Made by a program: the position numbers and the translations under genes. 64,000 nt of DNA from Octopus bimaculoides (taxonomy: Eukaryota): assembly GCF_001194135.2 (NCBI RefSeq), contig NC_068984.1, positions 142,592,358 to 142,656,357 of the forward strand, given 5' to 3'. Positions 1-13,769 of the stretch are shown in pieces; the first letter of the stretch is position 1; each line of letters opens with the position of its first letter. The notes under the pieces were generated by a model. It was not told the origin of the DNA, did not search any database, and was given only the letters and a program-made list of their open reading frames with translations.

Positions 1-662
1 TATTTATTTTATCAACCACGGAAGAATGAAAGAAAAATTTGAGCTTGGCCTGATGCAATTTGAAAAATCAACGCGGTATAACTAAACAATGCATGACATC
101 GTGTCAGTGACCTCCCAATTTTACCAAACCACCCCCACCACTACTTTGTGTAATGTCCTATAGTTTCTGCCAATACACTGCAATAAATTAATAGCAAATG
201 TTTCGAAAAAGACTCAGAGTATAAATCAATATTTAAAATCGATATATCTGATATTATAGCATGTCAATATTTTATCCAATGACTAAATATAGGTTACACT
301 ACGATTTATATTTTGTGGTAGAATTTAAAAAAACGGATAATACGTTTAACTCATTAGAGCATAAATTCTAATTTTCATTCTATAATTAATTACAATTAAT
401 TAACTAGTAAAATAAACAGCATGAATGAAAAAGTCATAAAAATGACGAATGTAGAAAACTTTAGAATGATGAATATTTAATAAATAATTCGGGGAAACTA
501 TTTAAAATTCAATTAAATATTTGGTATTGCAATATCTTTTGACGAGCCTGCTTTTAGGTCACATTAAATTAAGGTTTCTGTCACGAATATTGAAATAATT
601 CCCTATCAAAATCTATTGGGATCATTTTGATTTACAGTTCCTAGATTTTCAAACTATCAGGT

Positions 663-837
663 AAGATCATTTCGCCATCTTGACTTTGGTGGGGCTCTTC
701 ATCTCACCCATTGTCTTGATGACCATTCCTTCCCCCTGATTGTTGTACTTCGGTCGCACAACGTGGTTAGGCCATATATATTTGGTCTCCTTGATAAATC
801 TTATGATGTCGTTGATTCTCGTATGTTGTCAGATCCA
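663..837 (-). mobile_element. RTE-clade LINE, decayed ORF C-terminal fragment
   Basis: Minus-strand translation across frameshifts gives WI*QHTRINDIIRFIKETKY...EWSSRQWVR*RAPPKSRWRNDL, matching the RTE post-RT pattern WIRxxTxVxDII...EWxPRxxKRxRGRPxxRWxDDL. Confidence 0.65.
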
Positions 838-1299
838 GGCGTATAAAACCATATGTCGGACGGGAATCAGCGGTAAAGGGCGAATACAATATATCTGATA
901 TAAATGTGAATAAACCACGGCTGATTAACCAGTTGCACATTATTTGAAAATCAAAGAATCATAGAAGGAATGTCATTCAGTCCAGATTAACAAGGTGTAT
1001 AACATTTAGAATCCACTAAACCTCTACTCGTCAGTAGGTACAACACATTAAAAGCGATTTGTATTTGGTTTAGATTGGAGTTATGAATCTCTATCATGTG
1101 GCTTAGAGAAAATACCTTAAGACAACTCTCATAACATGTCTTTATCACAACGGTAATGCCCAAGTCCTCAGTAGGACCAATATCAGCCACAAGACATATA
1201 CAGGACATTAACTAATTCAGTTCTATATTTAAGAGATGAAGAATAATATACATTATTTACATTATTTACATTTGACGGATATTTGTCCTCATCATGGTG

Positions 1300-1600
1300 T
1301 AATTTGAACTCAGAACTCAGAAAGATGGATGAACTGCTACTAAAAATTTAGCTCAGCGCAATAATCATTCTTCCGGCTTTAGTTATTGGTTTTAGATTTC
1401 GTCACACGGCCTACAATTTTGAGGGATCGGGTAAGTGATTTACATCGACCCCAGTGCGCAGCTGGTACTTATTTCATCAACCCCGAAATGATGAAAAGCA
1501 AAGTAGACCTTGATGGATTTTGAACTGAGAGCATAAAGACGGTCGAAAGGCCGCTAAACATTTAGTCCGGCGTACTAATGAATCTGCCAGCTCACCACCT
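1300..1600 (-). mobile_element. SINE family A: near-full old copy (1385-1600) plus co-oriented head fragment (1300-1377)
   Basis: Contains reverse-complement family motifs GAGTTCAAAT (B-box-like) and CATCGACCCCAGTG...CTGGTACTTATTT. Confidence 0.8.
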
Positions 1601-1904
1601 CGGTGTGCCGAAATATTGCACAGAGATAGTAATTAGGAAGAAGCTGATGAAGAAAAGATATGGAATTTACTGTCGATGCCAACTGAAAGTTTTGGAATCT
1701 CGTTACTAAGGGAAGCTAAAATAAAATTAGATTTATTCCTCTCAAATGTCAAACAGCAATTTGACAGCCAATAAAATCAAACCCTACAAATTATATTTGA
1801 CATTTAATAGTGTTGCTATTGCAGAAAATTCGAAAGCGATAATTTTGTAAAACTTCTTATTAACCCGGATTGATCCCAGCAAAATTGAATATTTCCAAGT
1901 CATG

Positions 1905-1959
<55 letters not shown>

Positions 1960-2417
1960 NNNNNNNNNNNNNNNNNNNNNNNNNNNNNNNNNNNNNNNNN
2001 NNNNNNNNNNNNNNNNNNNNNNNNNNNNNNNNNNNNNNNNNNNNNNNNNNNNNNNNNNNNNNNNNNNNNNNNNNNNNNNNNNNNNNNNNNNNNNNNNNNN
2101 NNNNNNNNNNNNNNNNNNNNNNNNNNNNNNNNNNNNNNNNNNNNNNNNNNNNNNNNNNNNNNNNNNNNNNNNNNNNNNNNNNNNNNNNNNNNNNNNNNNN
2201 NNNNNNNNNNNNNNNNNNNNNNNNNNNNNNNNNNNNNNNNNNNNNNNNNNNNNNNNNNNNNNNNNNNNTGTGTGCGGGTGTGTGTGAGTACCTGTGTGCG
2301 GGTGTGTGAGTATATGTGTTGTGTATCTTTGTATGCGTTTGTCTCTGTATAGGTAAGTACGCATTGTTTTTACACCTACATACGTGTTATATTGCTTCGT
2401 AGTTGAATTAAGTTCAT

Positions 2418-2461
<44 letters not shown>

Positions 2462-2984
2462 TTACCCGTACATAGACGCAGTGCGCTAAATGCGTTGCTA
2501 CATTTTGCCCAGAAGGTCGTTGGTCGGTCGACTATAATCAGGCTGATTGAAAACAACCTGTTCACGTCTCCCTCGCTATTACAGAAATTAACATCAAATT
2601 GGAAGAATACAAATTTAGAAGCGAGAAATTTGGAAATTCTCATGTTATATGTAGAAAACTTTTGAAATGCAGACGGGAAACTAAATTCTTTCTTAACTTG
2701 AAGAATTGGGTGAATTCAATGATGGCAGCGCGTCAACATTATTGTAGAATTAAATTTAGGTCACGTGAGTCCACAAATATACAAATGCTATGAGTTCTTC
2801 AAATTACAAATGTTCTGGAAAGCAATGTATGGGTGAATGTGTTAGGCGTTGTCTTTGCATCCCTGATTTCAAGGCTCGTGGTTTATCTTATAAATTTCGT
2901 TCTTTTTACAGTTTTACAGTCTCCGATCAATCCACAGCACATGAGATAAATTGGGAGACGGAAACTGTATAGAAGCCCATGAAG

Positions 2985-3140
2985 TGAGTTGTACCGCTAT
3001 TTCAAACGGTACAGCCTTGTCATAGACTATGTCACTCTATTTCCACACGTGTCTGTGAAATATTCGTCCGCGTGAACATTAATTCAGGCGCTGGTATTTC
3101 ATTTCAAGCCGAATACTCATCGTCGAACGTGGCGGAGGTC
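2985..3140 (+). mobile_element. SINE family C, degraded and internally deleted body
   Basis: GAGTTGTACC..TATTTCAAA..CAGCCTTGTCA and ACACGTGTCTGTG align with the copies at 13971 and 32443. Confidence 0.55.
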
Positions 3141-3992
3141 CTCATCCAGAGGAATAAATACAATATGTTTATAGTTTTTGTAAAGAGGGGCGTTAACCAT
3201 ATACTTTAATGTGACATCTCCAGCTCTTCCTAGATAGTGAGCAGGTGTGGGCGTCGTTTGTCAGATTCGCCCTTCCGCAATTCGTCTCTTTGATTGGGCT
3301 GTCCGCCGTGCTTGCCCGAGATACGCGCAGAGCGACAAAACTGTTTTGCACTTTCTCGTTCATAGCCCGAACATTGTTGAAGATTGGGTCAAATATCTGC
3401 TGTTACGTTTAGAACGAATCAGCCTAACGGCTAAGTCCATTGTGAAGAACTTTTCGCCGCCTTGCTTCCGGCAGGAAATTACTGGGAAGTAGTGCTTTCC
3501 TCTCTACTCACACCTTCATTTCCAATTGTAACCTGAACAATTTATGTGTGGGATTTGATCTCAGAACGCAATGAAGTGGGCCCTACCATCAAACCACGTG
3601 ACGCTTACTGACACATTCTACCATATTCTGCTTCAATTACACATTTGTCTTTGAAAATCATAAAAACCGATTTATCAAATAATTAGAATGTCTCTATTTT
3701 GGAATAGGGGAATAGTCGACTATTATTAATTCCGTACGTGGCAGGTATTTCATTTTACCGACTCGGATGGATTTGAAACCAGAATTTAAAAAGCATTTTG
3801 TCCGATCTCTAACGAATATACCAATTCATATCATATTCCTTCCAGTCCACCACAAATTCCTACCAATCAACCCCTGCCAATTCATTGCACATTCTTGCGA
3901 GTCCATCACATAATTATTCCCATCGATTATGACTTCCTTAAAATCCATTGCAGATTCTAACCATTCTCATACAAACGCTTGCTAATCAACCT

Positions 3993-4072
3993 CAGCTTGC
4001 TGCCAATTCTCCTCAGATTGCTACCAATTCACGGCAGACTGCTGCCAATTCACATTAGATTGCTGCTAATCA
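3993..4072 (+). repeat. 21-bp minisatellite, about 3.7 units (CAGATTGCTGCCAATTCACNN)
   Basis: Units start at 3993, 4014, 4035 and 4056. Confidence 0.8.
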
Positions 4073-4340
4073 TTGCTGAACCATGACAATCTACCGCAGA
4101 TCCTTGCTATAGCACAGTAGACTCCTACTACTTCGATCCAGATTTCAGCTAATTTACCAAAGATCCTTACCTCTCGATCTATTCCGATGGAAAAAGTGTG
4201 TGTACTGGATAGGGAACTATATTGTAAAATAAACCTTATTTGGTCACATTCCATAAGAATATGAACGTTCAGCCTATGAACGTCTCAGCCGACGCTCGTA
4301 GTCTCTGTAGTGAAGCGACACACCTTTTCAGACAAAGAAC

Positions 4341-4530
4341 CTTTTCTACTCTAGGAACAAGGTCCGAACTTTTTGATAGATCCCAGTACGCAACTGGTAC
4401 TGAATTTATCGACCACGAATGGATGAAAGGCAAAGTCGACCTCGGTGGAATTTGAACTCAGAACGTAAAGACAGACGAAACACCGTTAAGCGTTTCGTCC
4501 GGCGTGCTAACGTTTCTGCTAGCTCGTCGC
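4341..4530 (-). mobile_element. SINE family A copy
   Basis: CTTTTCTACTCTAGG tail, GGATGAAAGGCAAAGTCGACCTCGG core and TTTGAACTCAGAACG B-box, all reverse complement. Confidence 0.9.
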
Positions 4531-5829
4531 GGTAGACTATATAACATAATCCCGTAAAATTCCTACAGTTTTGTGCTAATCATTCGCGAAATTCGAAAAA
4601 AAAGAGCACTTACTGTTCATAAAATGTTAACACATTATTATGAATTTATGTTAGCGATATTCATTTTAATATAACCCCGGGTGGACGGATAATTATATGA
4701 TTGCCTCCTTTGAGAATCGATCTCAGAAAGGTTTTGTAACTAGATGCTATATATATATATTTTGTCCAAAACATTACCGTTTATATTTATTTTTCTTTTC
4801 TGCTACTCAAAATATTGCATTTATCTTACAGAATCATAATAAAAAATGTTAAAGTACAAAATATTTCTGTTATACATATAAAATAAATATAAATATACAT
4901 ATATAAAATCTTGGTCCAGCGTGAAAAAATAATTTACAGTCAACAATATGTAATTAATTCTGAGAAAAAATTATTTATTCATATATTTGGATGTTTTTAG
5001 CAATGTCTTCAGTATTTTTGCGACACAACGCATTTTTCTATTTATTTATATGTACACATTTTTTAAAAAATAATCTGTTTTTTTTTTGTGTTTCTAATTA
5101 ATATTCCTGGTAGCACAGCAGGAAATTCAGAACACCACGTGATAATTTGGTTTGACGCCTGAGCTATTGTTCTAGCCCTCTTGCACCCCCCTCCTTCTTA
5201 TTTTACCTGATTTCAAGAAGCAGATCTAATTAAAACATTCTGTGTGCATGTACATATGAACTTGTGTGCGCGTGCTTAACACGCATCTGTGTGTGTTTGT
5301 AATTTATTTATTTATTCATTTAAAATTTTTTTTCTAAATTTATTTATTATTTATATATTTATTTCTTCGTTTATTTATTCCATTTTTTATTTATTTATTA
5401 TTTATTTATTTATTTTGAATTTGATTTTCCAAAAATGTCTTTTTAAACCTGACTGTATTTAAGCAGAAACCGATTTCTCAAATTGTCAACTATGGAATTT
5501 GGAAAGAATTCTATTTTTTTGTTCTTTATTCATTGTCTTCCTTCAGCATTTCTCATTTTCTAAATTTATCCATCTTTGTTTTCCCCTCTTCATTTATCAA
5601 CGAAGGAATCTGGCAGTAGAATTCCTATTTCCATTGTCTTAGCAAATCTCTTTCCATTGCCACCAGATTCCATATATTTCATTTCCTTCTCCTTCCGAAG
5701 AGGCTTCACTAATTAAGTTCGCAGAGGATCGTGGTAGTGGCTGAGTATTCCAACATTCACATCACGATAATATCATTAGCCACATCTTCCTCTCCTCGTA
5801 ACCTAATATCTCCCGATCTTAATTAGCTC

Positions 5830-5925
5830 TTTGTTGTTGATGTTGTTGTTTATGTGCCTCACCTCACTTCTGAGCCAGCAAACCTATCATTTCGATTTTC
5901 AGACACAATATATCTAGGATTACAA
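5830..5925 (-). mobile_element. Repeat family D 3' end with (CAA)n tail
   Basis: (TTG)n followed by sequence similar to the 41505 and 53650 copies. Confidence 0.45.
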
Positions 5926-5947
5926 AGACGTGTTTCACCATTTGCGA

Positions 5948-6052
5948 AGACACACGGCCTGGTCTAGTGGACAGGGTGAACAATTTATGGTCATAGCATT
6001 GTGGATTCAATGCTTGTACTGGGTGACACGCTGTGTTCTTCAGCAAAGCATT
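5948..6052 (+). mobile_element. Degraded tRNA-like SINE head with CORE-like motif
   Basis: TGGTCTAGTGG A-box-like, GGATTCAATGC B-box-like, then GTGTTCTTCAGCAAAGCATT. Confidence 0.45.
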
Positions 6053-6373
6053 CCTGTTTACGTGACTCTGCTTAGTACCAGTCGGGTGCTGCTCTCTCTC
6101 CTACTCTCCCTCTTCCTCTCTCTCTCTATCTCTGTCTCTCTCTTGTAAAAATGAGGAGAAAATGAGAGCAGGCGAAGATGATCAAAATGAATAAAGGATA
6201 AAATCATTTGTGGAATTGGCTGACTATGAAGGAGTGGTGCTAGAGCTGTGCAATCTTGCATGCGTTAAAGTTACCACTTCTTATTAATATCTGCATTGTT
6301 TCTTTCCAGGTAAATTGACTTCTGACTGTTCAACGAATACTTCAAATGTAAGTAGTAGCGACTTTTCGTGAAA

Positions 6374-6906
6374 ATGGACAAAATTTGGCATCGTGGCGTT
6401 ATCAAGTACCTGCACAAAATGGGCTTAGCACCCCCGCCAAACATTGGAGCTGGCATGCTTGCTACATTTAAAGAATAAGGTTCCAGCTTTACCAACAGCT
6501 AAATTTAGGAGGGAGACGGAGAGTCTTCAAGTTGACCCAAGGCATGAGCGTTCTGCATTTATCATCAGCGAGAAATGTATTGATCGTGTTCACCACATGG
6601 TGATAGACGTCAGACGATTAACTATGAATCAAATAGACAATGCTACGAGCATATCCTTTACGAGAGGTGAGAATATTTTCCCCAATGAACTTGGGATGAC
6701 GAAGGTTTCTGCTCGGTGTGTGCTAAGTCTTCTGACGCCTGATAAAAAAAGTGCACCAGACTGACCACATCACGGGGAAATCTGAAATTCCTTCTGGCAG
6801 AGCCAGCTGGCTCTTTTGAACGTTCCCTCACCCAAGATGAGTGTTGGGTTCATCCCTTTGGGCCAGAGAGAAAGAGACAATCCAATGGAAACATCCCTCC
6901 TCACCT
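6374..6906 (+). pseudogene. Mariner (Tc1/mariner) transposase remnant, N-terminal half
   Basis: Across stops and frameshifts reads MDKIWHRGVIKYL...ELGMTKVSARCVLSLLTPDKK...LTQDECWVHPFGPERKRQS.WKHPSSP. This corresponds to mariner LGMxKVSARWVP and the first catalytic-Asp motif VTxDETWVH. Confidence 0.9.
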
Positions 6907-7127
6907 GTTATATGATTCAAAAGGGAAAAGGGGCTGCGCCGTTTTCAAGAATTTATCGCTCGCAAAAACATGGAAGTTAAAGTGGGCGCGGTAAGATTTG
7001 AACCAAGATAAGAACTGAAGAGAAACAAATCAAATGACGAAACACATTTCATTCGCTGCTTCTAAACCACCTAATGTAATGTTTTCGAGTAGCAGTCATA
7101 TTCACGGGTTCCATATTTCTCCATTCT

Positions 7128-7515
7128 AAGGCGGTGAGGTGGTAGAATCGTTACCACGTCAGGAAAATGCTTTTCATCATTTCGGGGTCGATAAAATAAG
7201 TACCAGTAGAGCACTGGGGTCGATGTGATCGACTTCTCCCCCTCCCAAAACTGCTGGCCTTGTGCGAAATTTTGAAATCGATGTTCCTCCATTCTAAGGC
7301 GACGATGACCTGGTAAAATTGTTAGCAACACCAGGTGAAATGATTAGCGGTATTTCACCCAGCTTTACTTTCTGAGTTCAAATTCTGCTGAGGTCTACAT
7401 TGTTTTCCATCCTTTTCGGGTGGATAAAACAAGCATCAGCTGACCTCTGATCTCGATGCAATCGACGCACCCCCTCCCCCTTCCAAATTTCTGGCCTTCA
7501 GCCAAAATTTCAAGC
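7128..7515 (+). mobile_element. SINE family A head-to-tail dimer (7128-7280 internally deleted; 7296-7515 full)
   Basis: Both copies start AAGGCG and carry the family core and tail. The dimer is flanked by ATTTCTCCATTC direct repeats. Confidence 0.85.
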
Positions 7516-7989
7516 GAACATTTCTCCATTCCTTTCGCTTTTCTTCTTTGTCTTTGTGTACTTCGTTTACTTTTGTTGTTGTTGATGTTCTTTTCCTTCT
7601 TCTCCTCGTTGTCTTTCTTCTCATTGTTTTCTTTCTTCCCCCCTCATTCTCTTCCTCCTCCTCACTTCTTCTCCCAATGTGACAAACGCATTCTATAGGA
7701 ATATATCGATCTGCTTCATGTAGTTCGGTCTTAAAGGAGAGTTTCGGGTTAATTCTTGACGTTGTTAGAAGCATTGTATCCATGTTTGTGGTCTGTCAAT
7801 ATTAACAATGGTGTTTTCCAAGAAAAGCTGCGTGTCATCGTGTTATGATGCCTATTTGGTTTAGTCTCGTAAAAGCCATATTCTTCCAGCATGGAACAAT
7901 TGCACATGGTTAACTGTAGAATTCTGTCTCCGCTTAAACGAAGAACACCATTAAAGCAATACCGAATTTATTCTCAAGGAGAACAACCA

Positions 7990-8437
7990 ATTCTCTTTCT
8001 CTATTGCCCTTTTTTTTTTTCTTCATTTAACACCTTCACAATTCTTTATCTGTCATTCGTTCATGTTCTTTTCCTTCTTTCTTTCTCTCTTTCTTTTCTT
8101 TTTCTTTAATTTCTTTCATTCGCTAATTCTTTTCCATTCTTTTACAGCCTGTTCTTTTCTTTTCTTTCTTTCTTTTCTTCCAACCTGTCCTTCGCTCTTT
8201 CAAGATATTCTCACCATTCTTTCGCTTCTCTTCTCTGACAATCCAAAAATTCTTCTCCCTTTCGTTCTTTACATTTCTCACTTATTTACATTGCATCATC
8301 ACCACCATCACCACCACCACCACCAACAACACCACCACCACCACCACCATCACCACCACCACCACCACCACCACCACCACCACCACCANNNNNNNNNNCT
8401 TCTTCTGCTGCTGCTGCTGCTATTGCAACTAATTCTT

Positions 8438-8469
<32 letters not shown>

Positions 8470-8585
8470 AATCATCATCATCATCATCATCATCATTATC
8501 ATTATAATCATAATCATCATCATCGTCGTCCTCCTCTTCTTCTTCCATCATTCCGTTGTGTATTCGTTACAGCTCATTCTTAGCT

Positions 8586-8626
<41 letters not shown>

Positions 8627-8763
8627 CACATATATGCATCCATAGACAAGCAACCACACATACATGTTCTGTCTGTCTGTCTGCTTCTCCCTCCCCCCTC
8701 TCTCTCTGTTTCTATTTCGTATACACACATATTGCTATACATGTGTGCAACCTTGACTGTGAT

Positions 8764-8857
<94 letters not shown>

Positions 8858-9200
8858 ATACTGTTGCACACATACATATAGATACACACACGTATGTACA
8901 TACATACTTAAATACACATACACGTGTGTGGGTTTGCTTGCGTGTGTATATGTACGTGCGTGTGTCTGTACATGTGTTCGTGCGTGTGTGTGTGTATGCG
9001 TACGTGTGTGTATGTGTGTGTAAGAGTGTTCCCTTTTTCACTTTTGAATCGCTCTCCCGATTTATAAAACCTGGTTTTCATAGTGAAGTTCACTTTATCT
9101 CTCTCTCTCTCTCTCTCTCTCTCAGAAACACACACACACACACACGCACGCACACACACACACACACTCACACACACACACCCATACCTTCCACACACAC
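7990..9200. repeat. Compound microsatellite block: CT-rich, (CAC)n, (CAT)n, (CA)n, (TA)n, (CT)n
   Basis: Direct reading. Confidence 0.95.
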
Positions 9201-9612
9201 AGCGAATTTCCAATATTTGAATATGTACATAAGAGTAGCAACAATAAATACAACCGCGTTACCAGCAATTACAAATTTCCCTAATTTTCTTTCATCTCTT
9301 TCGATGTCTACCTGTCTGTTTGACAGTCTGCCTGTTTCTTTTACTGTATACTCGCCCCTCCCCCCACAAACACTTGCCGTTCTTCCGATAGTTGTAGGAC
9401 TATGTACATAACAACAACACCAGCAACATCAGAAATATAAACCACGAGAAGTTTCTCTTCCCACTATTCCGCTATCTCTCCCACTTTTTACCTTTCCCTC
9501 TCCTCCTCTCTCTCACTCATACACTCTCTCTCTCTCTCTCTCTTTCCCCCTCTCCCTCTATATATATATGTATATATATATATGTATATATTTGTATATA
9601 TATTTATATATG

Positions 9613-9661
<49 letters not shown>

Positions 9662-11309
9662 NNNNNNNNNNNNNNNNNNNNNNNNNNNNNNNNNNNNNNN
9701 NNNNNNNNNNNNNNNNNNNNNNNNNNNNNNNNNNNNNNNNNNNNNNNNNNNNNNNNNNNNNNNNNNNNNNNNNNNNNNNNNNNNNNNNNNNNNNNNNNNN
9801 NNNNNNNNNNNNNNNNNNNNNNNNNNNNNNNNNNNNNNNNNNNNNNNNNNNNNNNNNNNNNNNNNNNNNNNNNNNNNNNNNNNNNNNNNNNNNNNNNNNN
9901 NNNNNNNNNNNNNNNNNNNNNNNNNNNNNNNNNNNNNNNNNNNNNNNNTATATATATATGTATATATATACGTACACGTATATATGTACATATATATACA
10001 TATTCACATTAATTAAGTATATATATATATATATATACGCACATAATGAGTGCAGAAAAATAAAAACATTATCAACAACAACTACAAATTTAAAAAAAAA
10101 CTGTTCTTGATGAAATTGCCGAAGGTTCCATATTAAAGGGCGACGAGACCATAGTGGTCCACATAGCCTGATGTTGTCATAGAGTCAAACTGTTCAAGCA
10201 CATCCTTTCGAGTTGATCAAAGAACTTCTGTATCGAACAGGCTCATGCATTTGGCAAATAATGAATGCTAAGACAACGTAAGGCTTCACTGGTTCTGACT
10301 AAACGATTGAGAATTTGGTTTAGAAATCTATCGGAATAAAACAAACGAAATGAAAACTAATTTCAAAATTACAAATCCAATTCCCTTTTTTTTTGTTTTT
10401 TTTTCTTTTATTTTTTTTACTAAATCATAAATAAATATTGATTTACGTTTTCTCTTTGGACAGTCTAATCGATATTTCTTTTCGAAAGACACGATATACG
10501 GTGGCAGGCAATACTACGTGCTTAAAAGTTTAGCTTCGGAAGCGCATGAGTTCGGTTTCTATCTCACTACACGACTCTACTTTGGACAAATGTCCGATAA
10601 TGTTAGATAATGAGAAAAGTAAAACTACCGAGGGACGCCTGCTGCACGAAAATTTAGCAGTTAATTGAATACTTTCATGCCTGATGCACTAAACCAGGAA
10701 TCATTAATGAAATAGAATTATATATTTAGTAATGAGAATAATGATTATGAAAATAATTAATCGAGGTTAAGGATACAAAGGAAGAGAACTCTAAAATAAT
10801 AATTAGTTTACATAGGGAGTTTATATTTTTTCTGTTATATAACTGTATGAATACAGGAGCAGCGCTTTAATGGGTATTCACGAAGAGTTTCAAACAATTT
10901 CTGTCAATCAAATTCACTCAAAAGGCTTTGATCGGTTCGAATCGATAGTAGATATGATAGGCCAGGTTGCATGAAAAATGTCGACAGGAGAAGGATTAGG
11001 GAAGCGAAATCCTTTTAGGAGTATATACATATTAATAAGCTGAGGCATTTCTTTACCTCTGCAGGCAAGTCACTATATTCTATATGATTAAAATAAACGG
11101 AGAACTTTGTTCATATTTCCAACCCTCGGCCCCACCTGGTCAAAGACATCAATGATTAAAGGGATTCCAGTTGTGAAAGTTCCATCTTTGTAGGAATATC
11201 TATTTACATTATCTTACGCGTCATTCCATTGATCACAGACGATAGCTTTCTGGTTTGATGATGATTCGGCTACATTTTGCAGTAGATTTGATAACTACAT
11301 AGAAATAGC

Positions 11310-11682
11310 GGTTCAAAAGTTTGGTACAGGGCCAGCAAGCTCGGAGTAGGGGGCAAGTCGATTAAATCAATACCAGTGCTGAACTGGTATTGATTTTCTC
11401 GAACTCCTCCAGCACCAAAGGATGAAAAGCAAAGTGGATTTCGGCAGAATCCATAGACAAACAAAAAGCAGCGACGCATTTTTTTCCCGGCATGCTAAAC
11501 ATTCTGCCAGCCAGTCACCTTAACTATTCAGAAATACTGGATTCAAATTTTGACACAAGGTGGGGAGGGGGTTAAGTCCAGTGCATCGACCCCAGTGCTC
11601 AACTGGTATTTATTTTATCGATCTCGAAAGGATGAAAAGTGAAGAGGAATCCGCTGGAATTTGAACTCACAGTGTAAAGGCG
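11310..11682 (-). mobile_element. SINE family A tandem pair, old copies (11310-11521; 11538-11682)
   Basis: Reverse-complement core AAAGGATGAAAAG and ATCGACCCCAGTGCTCAACTGG; head TTCTGCCAGC..CACCTT. Confidence 0.8.
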
Positions 11683-11982
11683 GTGATGAATTTCATGTTT
11701 CAAAACGTTGCTTACTTTTTACTCAGCCTGATATTATGCAGAAGAAATGTTCGGCCTCATCTCCCATCATCCATTGCTTTCGTTTCGAATATTCCCACAG
11801 GTTTTAAACTAAACAGCTGCAGATGCTGTTGAGGCAATTTTTGACATTTAGCTAAACATCTGTGTCATTGAGAAAATCTGTAACGAGAGACATTCCCGAT
11901 ATGACCAACAAACTGGAGTTTATACTGTCTAATTTATTAATGATATGCTTTTAATAACTCAGGATGTGCATGGGACTGCGTG

Positions 11983-12415
11983 CAGGCAGATTCGTTAGCT
12001 CACCGGTCAAACTGCTTGGCAGCATTGCGTCCGTGTTTGATTTGTGTGTTCAGATTCTACTGAGGTCGACTTAGCCTTTTTATTCTTTCGAGGTTGATAA
12101 AATAAGAACCAGTTGAGTACTGGGGCTTGATGGACTCGATTTAGTCTACCTCTGAACTTGCTGGCTCTGTGTCAAAATATGAAACCAATATTGTTAATAC
12201 GGTTGTAAGCTTGCAGAATCGTTAACACGCTGGACTAAATATTTAGTAGTATTTGTATCGATTCTTTACGACCTGAGATCAAATCTGGCCGACGTCAAAT
12301 TTGCATTTTCTGCATCAGAAGTCGATGTAATAAGTATTATTTGAGCACTGGGTCGATGTAATTCACTCCCGTCACCTCAAAATTGCTGTTTTGTGCCAAG
12401 TTTGAAGCCATTATT
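11983..12415 (+). mobile_element. SINE family A tandem pair, old copies (11983-12192; 12200-12415)
   Basis: GGCAGATTCGTTAGC and GCAGAATCGTTAAC heads, GAGGTCGACTTAGCC core, TGTGTCAAAATATGAAACC tail. Confidence 0.8.
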
Positions 12416-12589
12416 ATTTGAACCATTTTATTTGAACCTTTCTTAATTTCAAGTCCTTTGGCTTCGATAATCTCAACTCAGTTCTTTCATACTATTCAAT
12501 ATTTCACAAGCAATACATATGTAACTTACGGAAACAAACCTTTACACTTGCTTTGAAAAAATTGCTGTTATTTCTTAATCAAGTTTTCC

Positions 12590-12660
12590 AGACTGTCTTA
12601 GTTATCACACATTTAGGTAACCGATTCCAAAGCATTATCCCTTCCAGTGTCCTAGAATAT
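12590..12660 (-). mobile_element. Possible CR1/L2 LINE C-terminal scrap
   Basis: Minus frame reads GIMLWNRLPKCV, resembling the CR1/L2 terminal motif xxLWNxLPxxV. The match is short. Confidence 0.3.
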
Positions 12661-13127
12661 CAGAAACAGTGTCCCAGATTATAGAAATTAACGTAAGCTA
12701 TTCGGGCCGCCCGTTTCCAAATGTTCAGAACCAGGAATTAATTCCGCTAGTATATTTTCCTTTGAATATTTCGATGATTGGAAAATATTAACTTAAAGAT
12801 TTTATCACGAATAAAAGAAATCAAAATTATCAATCAAGCAATTCAGCCAATCAGGTGAAGAAGAACTATTGCTAAATAACAATGCACAAATATTAATGAA
12901 AGCATATCTGTTATTCGATTGTCATATTCTTCCATATAAGGAATGCTGAACAATGTAGGTTGAGGTTTATTATGATGCAGGGTTGAAATCTCTCCGTATT
13001 GATTATTTTACTGTAATTTTCCTTAATTAAATATTTTCACAACTAATAATATAGCGATAAAATATTGAAGAAATTTGACTTGCATTAGGTCAAGCAACCA
13101 AAATGTTATTCTTACGCAATTTAGTTT

Positions 13128-13225
13128 TAGGTGCAGTCATAGCTGAGTGGGTCAGGAGTTTGCCTAGTAACTTCCACTCCCTGAGTTCGTTCTGGCTACG
13201 GAGCACTTTGGGCAAGTGTCTTCTT
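13128..13225 (+). mobile_element. SINE family B head plus CORE fragment
   Basis: GAGTTCG B-box-like followed by GCACTTTGGGCAAGTGTCTTCT (CORE-domain motif). Confidence 0.65.
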
Positions 13226-13769
13226 TTTTTAAAATATATCTTGCCTTAAGGCAAGATAATCTTTGAGAGTCAAATCTGCGAGCGGGCAAACAGTGTGAAA
13301 ATTTATAACAGAAACCATTGCTATTTCTGGAAGTAAAATTTATCAGTAAATGGTTCTAACACTATCACAGAATCGTTGGCTACCATAACCTGAGTGTGTT
13401 CTATTGCAAATATTCACAAAATGTCTCCGATCTGAAAACAACATGCTTTCTATCTTCAAACAATCTCGGACCTCCAGAAAAGCTTCAACAAATTAGACTT
13501 CCGCTTATATCACTAGAAAATATACATCATACTTCACGAATGGTGTACGAATATATCGCTGCAGATATAGTAATTTTTCGAAATGAAATTGAAATTGAAA
13601 ACTATGTTAGGTGTCGGGTCGAGACAACGAAGAACAACTATGTCCACCTTGTTGCTCGATCCTTTAGAAATAGTAGCTAAATATTCCTCAAATTTCACCC
13701 TGACGGCTTTAATAAAGAAGATATTGCATAATATAGTCTTGCTTAATCTTAGAAAGACGATACTGTCAC

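Noticed and set aside
987-1208. 73-aa ORF with TEDLGITV (CR1-like KDLGV motif)
   Set aside because: Single short motif with no supporting context.
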